Positions 26,101 through 39,200 of a DNA stretch of 64,000 nt are shown here, piece after piece. A program made the translations under genes and the position numbers. The first letter of the stretch is position 1. Each line of letters opens with the position of its first letter. The DNA is from Pocillopora damicornis (lineage: Eukaryota), in contig NW_020843690.1 in the NCBI RefSeq assembly GCF_003704095.1, positions 248,001 through 312,000 of the forward strand. The letters run 5' to 3'. The notes below the pieces were generated by a model that was not told the origin of the DNA, did no database searches, and worked only from the letters and a program-made list of their open reading frames with translations.

Positions 26101-28227
26101 GATTACGCCGTTTACCATTGTGATGTTTTTTCTATCAAGCACACTCATCATAAGTGATCATTATTGGAAACTAAATCAACAATGATCACGTGATAATCGA
26201 ACGAGGACGTCATTCTCCCGCGGTCTCGAACTTCAAGTTTTCTGTTAACTCCTCAGTCAAGAGCCCTAATTGGTATATATATTGAGACCGTTACATCAGA
26301 GAGTTGGAGATGATCTAGGATGGCTTCCTTTCTACATCTTAATGTATATATGTTGACTTCCAGTGTCAAATATTAATACGCTTACTAAGCCAAGAGAATA
26401 ATTGAGAAAGGGACATTTTTCCTCATAGGTTCAATGCATACAGAAGATCCCGCGCATTTTCGCTGTGAGTTAAATTGTGTTCTTAACGTGTTGGTTTTGA
26501 GTATATTATACTGATTCCCTTTTTACACTTGCTCCTTTATCGAATTATTAACTCACAGCATCAATTGGTCAAAAACTCTGCAGCGCATGGAAACTCGAAT
26601 AAACTGTTTGACTTCTAACAGTGGATAAGATCGGTTGTATTTGACTTGAATATTAGAGCAGAGGGGTATCTAGGGGTCTCTTTCTGAGAATTTCAATCAT
26701 GGTTAGGTTATCTTTGCAGCTTAAGCATTGTCTTCGCTTCCTGATTTTCTTGAACATATCAATGTACAGTGTGACTTGGGAAGGTAAGGTTGCAGATTTT
26801 TTGCAGTCCTAGGTGGAAAAAAAAATACCATGCCCAAAAACATCCTCATTACACAGTTACCCTTGGTTATTGTTATGATATTCATGACAATCCTATGTCA
26901 AGTTGATCATAGCCGGCGAAGAAAGGTTGAGTGGGGGATGCTTAGGCGCGCATAGAGTGCAATCGCGAGGATCTAGTTGCCTCAAAAATCATTACGATGG
27001 CGCTTCGAGCTTACAGAAACGTCCCCCTGCTCTGTTCACTTTTGTATGCCGGCCACACAGGCTAAGACCGTTAATACTGAAATTGTATAGTAGCGAATGT
27101 CACAAGCCAGCAACAAGTAAATACATATCTACCATAACAAAGAAAGTGAAACATTGGAATTTAAAACATGTTCTTATTCAACATGATATTTACATTATTG
27201 TTGACAGGGATTTAATAAATGTGATTTTTTTAAATAAGTTCAACCTTTGAATAAAAGCCCTATGGGAAAATACTTTCACGTTAATAATAAATGCTACAGC
27301 CTTGTCTGCCAAATTTTTCATCAATACTTACTTTACCTTTAGAAAATACTGGTGACATGGCAAATGCTAAATATATACAAAAACATACACTGAACTGCAA
27401 AAAAATTGGCACCTGAATAGCATGTTCTATGAATGATGAGACCCAACAGCTTTATGGGAAATGTTCACATACAGTGTCCTATTCAATTCAAAGCTTTAAT
27501 ATCCCCCTCCCCAGGCAAGCCATGGGCATTTAACTGTGCCCATGGGGGTGAGGAATTTGAACCTTTCCAGGCTGGGGTGGGGAATTGAAAAGGAGGTGCC
27601 AAATCTTTCAAGCAGAATACAAGCTTTAGGATGGTTGGGGCATTTGAACACAATTTTTTTCNNNNNNNNNNNNNNNNNNNNNNAAAGTTCAGTTGCCAGG
27701 GGGATTTTGAAGCCTCTAATATTCACTTCTCTTCTCATTCATGGAAAATATTTTTTGATGAAAACCCTTTTCTTCCAGCAAAGTTTGGATAGCTTCCATC
27801 ATTCACCACATGCAACTAATGGTGGTGATTATTAACATCTGACCCATATAGGTGTAGCGGGGGGTCTCATCATTCATTGCGAAGGCTTTTTAGGTAACAA
27901 CCTTTATGCAACTTAGTGTGTATAAAAGCTTACACACAGTTCTAGCCAGTCAATGCTGAGCACTATCTCCACTCACTGAAGTGAAAGGATTACCAGTAAC
28001 CCTCTGATTGTTAATTCTCCCCTCTGGCTGCTACACATTTCCTTGTAAAATAGTTACAAGAATTTGGTTTTAAATCAAGATAATAACTTCAACCTGATAA
28101 GTTTAAGTATTCTCATTACCCGTTTGATGGATAATGTATGAATATTGTTGGGAGAAGTTACAGGTTAAAACATCACTTCTGGGAGTTAAAGAGTTAAGGG
28201 ATATGAATTTCACAAATAAACATAAAC

Positions 28228-28440
28228 TTAACCCGTTAACCCTTAAGAGTGACCAGCATCTAATTTCTCCATACAAAATCACCCCTGAATCACACATTAA
28301 GGTCATGAGAATAAAGGAAATGATCACCAGCACTTCAATCAAATTCTTCTTGTCAGCACCTCAGGAAATGTATAGAGAAAAGTCAGAACCTCAGGAAATG
28401 TATAGAGAAAAGTATGGAGAATGTACATACCGATGTTAGG
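28228..28440. mobile_element. TTAA-type (piggyBac-like) MITE, abundant family
   Basis: Begins TTAACCC. The body matches the copies at 47556-47759 and, reverse-complemented, 38396-38606 and 56339-56550. Confidence 0.65.
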
Positions 28441-28548
28441 TTACTGGTAACAAAAATTGCTCTTCCAAGTAAGGGTCTTCAATGATAAAACCGGTAGAAA
28501 GTCTGTGGTATATACATGTATGTTACAAAGCAGTGTATATGTGATGTG

Positions 28549-29625
28549 CTATGCCATAAGTGGCCTGTAGACCTCCATCCCTGGCCTTTCCCAAGTTCCT
28601 GATTGCTGTACTTCTTGGGCTGCTCTGTTTTGCTGCCAGCGCAGCTCCTCGTGGTGACAAGTTAGACACAAAGGACGCTCTTCATGATTATCATAGTTGA
28701 TAGTGGAGCAGAAAGCACAGAATACTCCAAAGCATCTGTCACATTGACGCACACACATCTCACAAACACTGTGTTCACAGAATGCACATGGCATAGAATC
28801 ACCATAATGGTGACAAATCCAACATTGACAGGAAGAACTAGTCACAGCTGGTTGTAGTGGAGAAGTATGGACAGCATCCCTTTGACTTCTCTGGCTGTTC
28901 ATGAGCACCTCAAATGCACAAGCTGAAAGGTACCATATTTAAAGGGTGATCTTTGGTTGTATTCCAGAAATGGCTCTACTTAAAAACACACAAGTTAATT
29001 TGTGAGTAAGCAGAATCAAATTCAAGATATTCGATAAAACCACCCTAAAGGAACGTACTACATAGTACTTACCAACTCCAAAATCCCCAAATTTTGTCAT
29101 TTAGGGAAGGGGGGGAGTGCAAATACCAAAGCACTAGGCAAAATTTCTGCACAGCTGAGCCCCGTATTTTATTATGCATACAGTTCTTGGATAAAGGGAA
29201 AAACGGCGAAAAAACGATATTACCTTTAGGACTACAGCTTTGTTACGAAGAGTGCAGGGTTATACGGAAATCTTCTAAGCGAAGGCTCTCCTTCGCTTTC
29301 CAAGTGAAATCGGGAAGCGAAAAGAAAGCAAGACAAGTTACAAGTTAAAATTAAATGGTTTAAAACTAATGCGATCATTTTCTTCGAGTTATCCATCCTA
29401 GGCCACAAGTTTTTTTAAAAATATTGTCTTTTAGTGCGTACCAGTGATTGACGTGGAACTTTGATCAGTTGTACGTGTGGAACTGTCATCGCGCGCCATT
29501 ACGCTTTCAGACGCCGGGACCTTCAAAGGTTGAGGAGACTCTCCAAATGGGCATCGACGCTTGGTCTTTAAACGGCTTAGCTCTGGTGATGTTGGAGGAG
29601 TTCTACAATCCAAACTCGGTTCCAT
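28549..29625 (-). CDS. SIVA1: Apoptosis regulatory protein Siva (SIVA1-like), 185 aa, 2 exons
   Basis: Exon 1 is 29442-29625 (MEPSLDC...KRRCPFGESPQPLKV.., compare Siva N-terminal KRSCPF...LKV). A phase-1 GT-AG intron follows. Exon 2 is 28549-28922 with the Siva Cys-rich zinc-finger array CWIC..CAFCEHSVCEMCVRQCDRCFGVFCAFCSTINYDNHEERPLCLTC. Total 558 nt, in frame. Confidence 0.88.
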
Positions 29626-30247
29626 TTGGACAAATTTCAGCCACAAAACACAGTTCTTCCGAAACGTTATCAATTGTCACACACAACCTAAGAACTTGCC
29701 TGTAGGGAACTGGGATCTACTAAGTCCCAATCTCCGCGCGTTTATTCGACTTCTAAAAGAGGCTAGAGATTTTGTTTGTGCGAAAGTGTATCTGACAACA
29801 TTACATTAATAAGAACGAATAACGAGTTAAAGTTTAAGCGCTATGTGGGCTGTAATGATCCACTATTTTCGGCATTAGATGTTTTCGAAGCAACACAGTT
29901 TCCTTTACGTGGTAGAAGGCTTGATGGCGGGGTTTAGTACGCGTTGTAATTCCTAATTGAGAAGAAATATTTGTCGGCATACGGCAGGAAACACGAGGAG
30001 TCACCGTGTAAAAGGTTGAGTGCATTTCCGTGACACGAAGTATCGACGACAGTTCGTGTTGTTTTTGAGCTTCACTGACAAGTAATCCGCTGGAAAAATA
30101 CTACAAAACGAACACACTTTTTCACGTGTTGACAACAAAGTTGAATATTCTTCTCACTCGAAAGCGAAGACGTCGATCGCCTTAGTTTTGGACCTTTGTC
30201 CTACGTGAAAAGTTTTATTTCATTTTGTTATTTCCCTGTCTGTGAAA
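29626..30247. promoter_or_regulatory. Putative bidirectional promoter between SIVA1 and HECTD1
   Basis: Divergent ATGs 622 bp apart. CpG-rich relative to both gene bodies. YY1-like GATGGCGG near 29923 and E-box CACGTG at 30123. Confidence 0.65.
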
Positions 30248-33200
30248 ATGGTAGACGTCGATCCAGACACACTGCTAGAATGGCTAAGTATGGGACAGGG
30301 CGACGAACGAGACATGCAGTTGATCGCGTTGGAACAACTATGTATGTTACTTCTGATGTCGGACAACATCGACCGGTGTTTTGAGAGGTACGACAGCTTT
30401 TAAGTTTTGGTAAATGATAGCGAAAACTATAACTGCAAAATTTGTTTTGCAATCAGTAATCACCCTTCGTTACTATTTCTTCGTTAACTAGTGTAGTATA
30501 GCTAACTGTTTAGTCCAAACCATGGGAAAACTACTTACGTGAGCCTTTTTAGAAGTAAAATAATGAGTTTTAATATAAATGACTTATTCGTGAAATTGAC
30601 AATGGAAAAAGCTCATGTTTCGGTGATTTTATCGAGGGATTAACTTCATTACTCCGCAAGAAATCATCATATATATGCCTATAATAGTTTTTTCTTTAAT
30701 CAATACGGGTTTTTAGATGATTTATTTTGCAACGATATGTAATTATTTGATGTCTGGTTGACAATAAAACGATCATAAAGACTGTATTGGTACAATGTGT
30801 CATAAGAGGCGATGATCTCAATTGAAGGCCAAGGCCTTTCACGTGATTAAAAAATGAAAGAGTGGACAGCATTTATATGCTTAATTTAACTATAATTAGA
30901 AAGATGTGTATATACGGCATTTATCATTTAAATTTCCTTCTTCGGCTTAACGTTGCAAACATAGCTATATTTTTCGTAACGAAGAGTGCTGATAAGCTAA
31001 TGTTCTGTTGTCTATTTTGCTTATATTGGCACTGGAGGAAAAAATCTGACTTCGATCTCAAGTATATTTCATAAGGTTGCTTGAAATCAAGGCCTTCCTC
31101 TTCTAAAAATATTAGACCCAAGTGGAAAAATTCAGCCTCACATACCTTTTACACTTCTTACAACTGTAAACTGTGAATGTAAAATGTTTGAGGCAAAGAA
31201 TGAAAGGAAGGATGGGGATTTCAGGAGTGGGGAAGCTTATCGAGGAACACCTATTTTGGTGTGGTTTAATGTGCCCACAACCCATAACATTCCAAAAGTT
31301 AAAAATGTGATATATACCAAAAATATTCCTGATAATTAAAGGCTTCTAATATTTACCACCTTTAGTCTAGTACAGTTATTCTCTAATGAAAGAGTTTTGT
31401 AAGAATTCATTGAACTGTCTTGAATGTTAAGAGTTTGCTGCAATATTGGAAATAGTGAAAGATAGAGATGTACCTTTGGATTTCTTTGTGATATTTTGCC
31501 AGCTTGGACAGGAAGTCATTTAAAGTAGTTCCCATCAGAAATTTGGAATGTGCCACACTATCAAAATATGCTCTGGCAAGGCTGCCAATCTGATTAGAAA
31601 AAATTATCACAAGCTTTCATTCTGAAAGACCTTTCATTCTAATGCAGTGAACTTAAGGTAAAGAGATCCAGATGTGAGACATGACTGGGTCACTGTGTTG
31701 TGTTCAAGGGTAAGACACTTCACTCTCACAAGGCCTCTGTCCAGCTAAGAGTATCAACAGGTCACAGGAAATCTGACCAAATGTTGGTAGGGTCACCTGG
31801 AATGGGGCTGGCTTCTTATTAAGGAAATAGTGGCAATATTTCCTGTACATTTCACTTGTTTGAAATGCAGACTTTACCTTTCTGATGTCCAGGACCTGTC
31901 AAGTTTTACTTCTTAGTCATAGGTGCTTTTTTGTTTGGTTTTTTAAGTTAATGTACTTCACTTTTTCCTTTGCAGCTGTCCACCACGAACATTTCTACCA
32001 GCTCTGTGTCGTATCTTCTTGGATGAGTGCGCACCAGAAAATGTACTGGAAGTAACTGCAAGAGCTATCACTTACTACCTTGATGTGTCAGCAGAATGCA
32101 CCAGACGGATTGTTGCGGTGGAAGGAGCAATTAAGGCCCTCTGTAGCCGACTTGTTGTAGTTGATTTATCATCAAGGACTAGCAAAGATCTGGGAGAACA
32201 GTGTGTCAAAGTAAGTCAGGATAGAAAATTACATATTGCTTTGTTGTACATTAGTATTAACTTCAGCTACATGCAGTGTGATTGTGCTACATTGTACAAC
32301 TGAAGGGTAATAAGTTCATTGCGCTTACGTAAAGGAAACGCTATTACTAATATGCTATATCATTTCGTGTTAAATTGAAATAGTTTAAAAAAAAACATTT
32401 GTTTTCCACGTGCACTGGTATTACTTTGCAATGTTTAAAGAGATCGTGGAGATATTTTACACCAGTGTTTGAAATTCTGAACTTTCATCAAGGGTTAAGA
32501 CATATTTCACTAAGAATAGTTTATTGATATTTTGAGGTTAGGTCAGATTGCAATAAGGTTACACACTGGTGTGAAGGGCTTTGCAACAAAATGCTCTGTG
32601 TGTGACTGCTACTGCTTCCAAAACAAGTCTAGTAATTCATTTGCTCACTGCTCTTGTACCAGCACTAATTCAAACCAGTTTCAACTTCAAGGATCTTTTT
32701 CACAACCCAAATTCTGTTTCAGGGGTAGAAGTTTTCACAAACATTCTCACTGTCACACGCAGTAAATTTTTCTAGAAACTTGTTCTCAAGTTGTCTTGCA
32801 AAATGTTACCTTGGTGCCCTTTTACTATCAACCAACTGCCTTTTTCTTTTTGTAAGATGCAAGTCGAAAAATTTCTATGCTTTTCTCTTTAGGTTCTGGA
32901 ACTTATATGTACTCGAGAAGCTGGAGCTGTGTTTGAGGCAGGGGGTCTCCAGTGTTCACTGACATTTATTGGCGAGTTTGGGAGTTCTGTGCACAAGGAC
33001 ACTCTACATTCAGCCATGAATGTAGTGTCCAGGTTATGCGGAAGGATGGAGCCACAAGATTCTAACTTGGAAACTTGTGTCAAGTCGCTTTCAACTTTAC
33101 TGAAACATGAAGACCCATATGTAAGTAATAAGTGTTCAGACAGATTCTTACAGTTGTGTTATATAACTCTTTCACTTTCATGAGTGACACTGGTGTAATT

Positions 33201-36200
33201 TTTCCCTTAAATATCAATAAAATACTGAGCAGACAAGTAGTGAGAATAACAAAAAATATATTAGTTATTTGATCCAGCACCATATTCTCAGAACTACCCA
33301 TAACATTATAGGAAATCAAGAGTAGACAGTAAGGAGAATCAATGTTGAGATCTTGTTGGTGATAATGTTACAAATGACAGTTGGTTAATAGATGAAAGTT
33401 TTTTTTATAAATGGGTTAAGAAGTTGTGTTATGGATAGCTTCATGTATATCCCACAGCTCTGAATTTGATAGCTTGTTGGTTCCCATTGATGTTCCTGGG
33501 AGTATAGAGGCAACAATTTTTTATTTAGTTTTGTACATAAAGCTTTTCAGACAGTTTTAATTGTTTGTATTTTCCCTTGGTTTAGTCTTACTTGAACTTA
33601 GGGTAAAACACCTCACAATGTAAACCCTACTATGTGCTTTATTTTCTGAGAAATTAAGGAAAAGTTATAGTGGAGCTCACAGAGCACAGCCTCATAATTA
33701 TACAAAATAGTAGTAACCCATCAAGCCGAAAAAATTCAGATGTATGACCACACAAGGTGCTACTTTTAACATGCATGGTCAACTGTACCGCGAGTACACC
33801 AACGTTACGGCTTTGTTCAGTAGTCCAGTGGTCAGTGCACTGGGCTCTGAGTCAAACAACCTCCGAGTCGAACCTCCGAGTCGAACAACAAACTAGTCCT
33901 GGTCGAGGCAAGGCGTTGTGTGCTTGAAACTTGCAGGAAAAAAAAATGCAAGCTCCGCTTTTAAGCTTGGCTAAATCTATATATTATTTTTGATCCTGAA
34001 TTATTGCCAACCACCTTTGGAACAACCACCCAGGAGTGCAATGCAGAAACTAGTAGACCACTTTGTAATTTAGTATTAACAACTGAGTTGATATTCAAAG
34101 CTGACATTTCAATCATTAGCCCTTCATTAGAGCAATGGACAAAGGGGTAATGCTACAAACTTTAGCTTAAAAACTCTTAATGGTGGCCAATTTTCATTAT
34201 CAACTCAGTTGTTAATACTAAATTTCCTTGTTATGCTCTCCCACCGACGCAGCACCATTTTTAGAAACTTATCCCCTTTATTAGACCACTGTGTCTCCCC
34301 TACAATTCTTAAGAAGAAAGCTTCATTTGTTGGTGATCCCTGCAGGTATCTGATGGTGCTCTCCGGTGCTTTGCATCCCTTGCTGATCGGTTTACACGCC
34401 GCGGTGTTGATCCAGCTCCATTAGCTGAACATGGTTTGACCAGTGAGTTGTTAGACAGGCTAGCAAGTGCTGCAGTTGCTGCTGGTGACAAAACAGGAGG
34501 CAATGGAGCCACCCCTGACTCCAAGAGCAATAGCACATCAGTTTCCACCATTGTCAGTTTGTTATCAACACTGTGCAGGGGATCACCAAGTGTTACTCAC
34601 GTATGTATTTCATTCCTGTGACAAGGTTTTTAAAAGGGGTACAACTTGTTAGTGAGGAAAGTTCTTTTTAGTTTGACAGTTGTAAGCTGTGGATTCCAGA
34701 CTTCAAAACAAAAGTATTTTTATGGAAGATAATCTTTTTACTGGTGTAATCTTTTTTTATTGTTGCAAACTCCTGACATCTTACAGAATTGCATCGCATT
34801 TGCATGTAAAACTTGGTCTCCATTATATTTGCTTTATTTTTTATTTGGAACATGCTTTTACATTTAAGAAGATACACCTGGAATAGGGCATAAAAAGTGA
34901 AATTCCACAAATGAAAATTTATACCTTGTTTGTGCTCATTTCATGTGTTTCCAGGATTTATTAAGAGCAGGACTGCCAGACGCTATTCAAAAAGCCCTAC
35001 AAGGTGATGAAAGATGTGTTCTGGACACCATGCGACTGGTGGATCTCCTGCTGGTTCTGTTGTTTGAGGGACGATGTGCATTGCCCAAGTCCTGTGTCAG
35101 TATTCCCAAGGGAGGGATTGCCAGTCTACGAAGGTTTGACAGGTCACATGAGAATTCACACAGACAGCTTATTGATTGCATCAGAAGTAAGGACACAGAT
35201 GCAGTCATAGATGCTATTGAAAATGGTAAGATTACCTTAATTTGTTTAATTTTGTTAAACTTCTTTTAGCGGAAAGTCTTGTGCAGCCAATTGCCGAAAC
35301 CTGAAGGCTCTTTGTGCTTTCTAAGTGACATGTTACACAGAAAATGTTTTTTTGAGCCAGTTGTTCTTTAATGTTTGAGGAAGCAATCATTCTCTCCAAG
35401 TTTCAGTGCAAGTCTAGAAAGCTTGTAACCCTTTAAAATCCAAAAGTGATAATGAGTACAGAAGATTCCCCTGACACTCCCTCTAAATTTTTGACATTAT
35501 TGGTCATGTCTTATTGTGCCAGTCATTCCATGAGGAACATTTATGCTGATGATCGAGATCATACTGCCTGAAGTTAATGAACATTTTAGCAATTTGTTTA
35601 AAGGAAGTGAATTTTTGTTGTACTTTTATGTTTGACTCTAGATTTCTAAAGCAGATCTGTTTGTGAAATTGCTTTGTGCTGGGACTTATATATAGGGTTG
35701 CATATCTTTAAACTGCAGGTGGATTTGAGGTGAACTTTATGGATGATGTTGGACAGACACTTCTCAACTGGGCCTCAGCATTTGGAACATTAGAGATGGT
35801 AGGTTACTTGCAGCTTTACAGGTTTGAGAATGTTTTTCTGGGTATTTTTAATAAGCACTGGCTGTACATGTATTGTTTATTTTGTCACATGGGTGGTATT
35901 AAAAAAATTTGTTAGTTCTCAACAAGAAATCAAACAGTAGACATTTAGATTTTTCTTGCAACCACTGAGCTATAGAGACCCTAGTGGTGAACTACAGTAA
36001 GCCTTATGCTAGCCTCAAATGCAATGAATGTCCCCCCTACTAAAATCAGAAATTTCGAAAATGCATGTTTTCATCAAAATGGTGTGGCCCTTACTTGAAA
36101 CAAGACTTGAAATGTTAACAAAGCAAGAAGTTCCATCAGACCTTCATGTGCATTCTGCAGTCATTACATGTGCATTCTGCAAACTTGATTACTGACCATA

Positions 36201-39200
36201 AGACACCTTACCAGGATTACTTGCAGTTTTGTAACTGTTATCAACATTATCATTTAGGTGGAATATCTTTGTGAGCGAGGAGCAGATGTCAATAGAGGTC
36301 AGAGGTCATCATCTCTACATTACGCTGCTTGCTTTGGTAGACCTGCTGTTGCAAAGGTGATCTACATGTACATGAACTGCCTGCATATTGATACTGATGG
36401 GCCAAATCCCTAATGCATAGTGCAACTGGTAGTATTTCTCCACGAAGAACTAAAACAACATGAAATTGTGTCATTACATACACAGGGAAATTTTTTTTTT
36501 ACTCAGGGATGGGTAAGGGAAGGATAAAAATTGTTGTTCATGACAGCAATATCATGACAAAATGAGCAAATGTTTTTTGGCATGACAAGAGACTGCAGGC
36601 AGACTGAATCAGGTGGTACAAACTTCATCTAACATTGGCCCTTGATGGGGTCTCATCTATCAGATTGGAAGGCATCTCACATTGTTAGGATATCTTTTTC
36701 CTAGGGGACACTTAAGTCTTTCCGTTTGGTCATTACTTTCAATTCCAGATGCAATCTATAGTTGAGTAGCCTTATCTGTTGTAACTTTGCTGGTTTTGTC
36801 ATTTTTTAAGACTCTGCTAAGGCATGGTGCTAATCCTGACCTAAGAGATGAAGATGGTAAAACTCCAATGGATAAAGCGAGAGAGCGAAATGACGAAGGC
36901 CACAGGGAAGTTGTACATATTCTACAATCACCAGGTATTGTATTTTTTTCTGCTCTGAGATTTGAAGATTTTCCCCAAACCAGTTTTTCGTCCATTTTTA
37001 CTGGTCTACTTTGCAGGATTGCATCCTTTCTTCAAAAAATCCTGCAAGAACTCGAATCTTGCGACAAAATTCTAAAATCAAAATACTAAGTGATCCTCAA
37101 TCTCAAAGCAATTAGTAATTCTCCTCATCGTCTTCTATAAGAATCTTGTGATATTAGTTCTGAGAATGTAATATTGGATCAATTAATAATCTCATAACTG
37201 ATATTTTCCTTTATTCTCATCACTTGCCTGCTCGATATTGTATCGATATTGTAAGGAGAAATTCTGTCTTGGTCACTTATGGGAGTATAAGGGTTAGGAG
37301 GCATGCTCATCACTGATGGTTTTTTTTATAGGTGAATGGATGGTTCCTGTGGGAAGTAGTTCCACTCCTTCCCCTGCACCGGAACAACCAACAGCCAGTC
37401 AAGAACCCGCCAGTGCTGAGGAGGAAGAGAAGAAAGAAGAACCAGAAGAAGTGAAAGGTGATCCAGAAATGGCGCCGGTCTACCTTAAAAACCTCCTGCC
37501 ATTGTTTGCTAAAAACTACAAGGAGACAATGATGCCCAGTATTAGGAAGGCAACTTTAGCTTTGATGCGAAAAATGATCCATTATGCATCACAAGCTCAG
37601 CTGGAAGAGCTGTCACAAAATTCAACATTTGCCTCAGTTATTGTGGAAGTATTGTCAGTGGTCTTGGATCATGAGGTGAGAATAACCTTGCATTGTATCA
37701 CTTGACTAGTTTTGTGCTTCATTAAATTGATTCTACTCATAATTAGCTCGGATGAGATAATTACTGAGTCTTAAAAGATTAAATAATGCTACATTTTGGT
37801 GTCGATAAATGCGCCCCAAACTCTAATGAGCTACTCCAAGGAGGGAAAAACGTGAAGTGAGCTTTTGATTAGACTGGTTGTGTGCATCAAAGACGCTGGT
37901 TGAACCATACACGTACATCAAGTAACTATTAAATCTGGTGTCATTATCAAATAGTATGATTTTTCGTATTTTAGGCAACAGCTTAAGAGATAGAAAGACA
38001 AAGTAATTACAGCTGTAATTGCGCCATAATTCACTTTTTTCTGTTACCTCCACAGGATGACGATGATGGCCATTTGACAGGTCTGCAGATCATAGAGGAT
38101 TTGTTAGAGAAGTGCCAGGAAACATACATCAGCCACTTGGCTCGTCTGGGAGTCATCAGCCACGTGACCGAGCTGGCGGGACCAATGCAGGAGGTGGAAA
38201 CAGTGCAAGAGGAACCAGCAGTGAAAGAAAATGAAGAGGAGACTGAGAAAAAGGTATGGTGCAGTTATGAGCGGAGGCTAGACTCAGAATGGTGAGGGGT
38301 CTGGAGTCAAGCCTGTTGAATTCCTGGCCATACAATTTCCCCTCACAGTGCTTCTCTCCATCCAGGGGTGGGAATGGGTACCGGCCAGCAAGCTGTTAAC
38401 CCTTTATACCCTAACATCAGTATGTAAATTCTCCGTATTGTTCTCTATGCATTTCCTAAGATGCTGACAAGGAGAATTTGTTCAATAATCAAGAACTTCT
38501 TTAGTTGGTGATCATTTCCTTTATTCTCGTGACCTTCATGTTTGATTCAGGGGTGATGTTGTATGGAGAAATTAGATGCTGGTCACTCTTAGGGATCAAA
38601 GACTTAAGCCGGGAAAGTTAGGAAATTTTCGGGGGTCTACCTGTGATGAAATAACATTCCATCCAAGAGGGATGGAAACTAATTGCTATTATACCTTATA
38701 CTAATCGAGACACTGCACAACTCGGTTTTAATATTCACACCACTAAAGTACTCGATGACGCAATGTCCAAACTTTCCATAAATTTTTGCCCGTCGAAGAT
38801 ACTCACTTCGATTGTTCTAACCGAGGCAAAATTTCATTTTAGGGTGAGGATACAGTTCAAGAAGATGCCAGCGACGTTGAACAAGGCAAGCCCTATCATT
38901 GGCACGACTGGTGTATTGTGCGCAGCCGCGATTGTCTCTATCTTTGGAATGAGTCATGTGCGTTGGAGCTTTCTAATGGCAGTAATGGCTGGTTCCGCTT
39001 TATTTTGGATGGAAAACTTGCAACGATGTATTCAAGCGGAAGTCCAGAAGGAGGATCGGACTCATCTGGTAAGGGTTCGTCGCACCCCTCATTAAGATTA
39101 CGAGCAGTCTCCCCCTTTTGGCGAAGTTCGTCGCGCGAGTCAAAATGCAGCGAAAAACACATATTGATGTGATCTGGGAGTAACTCGCACTGCACATTTT

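Noticed and set aside
29222-29303. Possible middle exon of SIVA1
   Set aside because: All phase-compatible frames tested hit stop codons, and exons 1 and 2 already join in frame.
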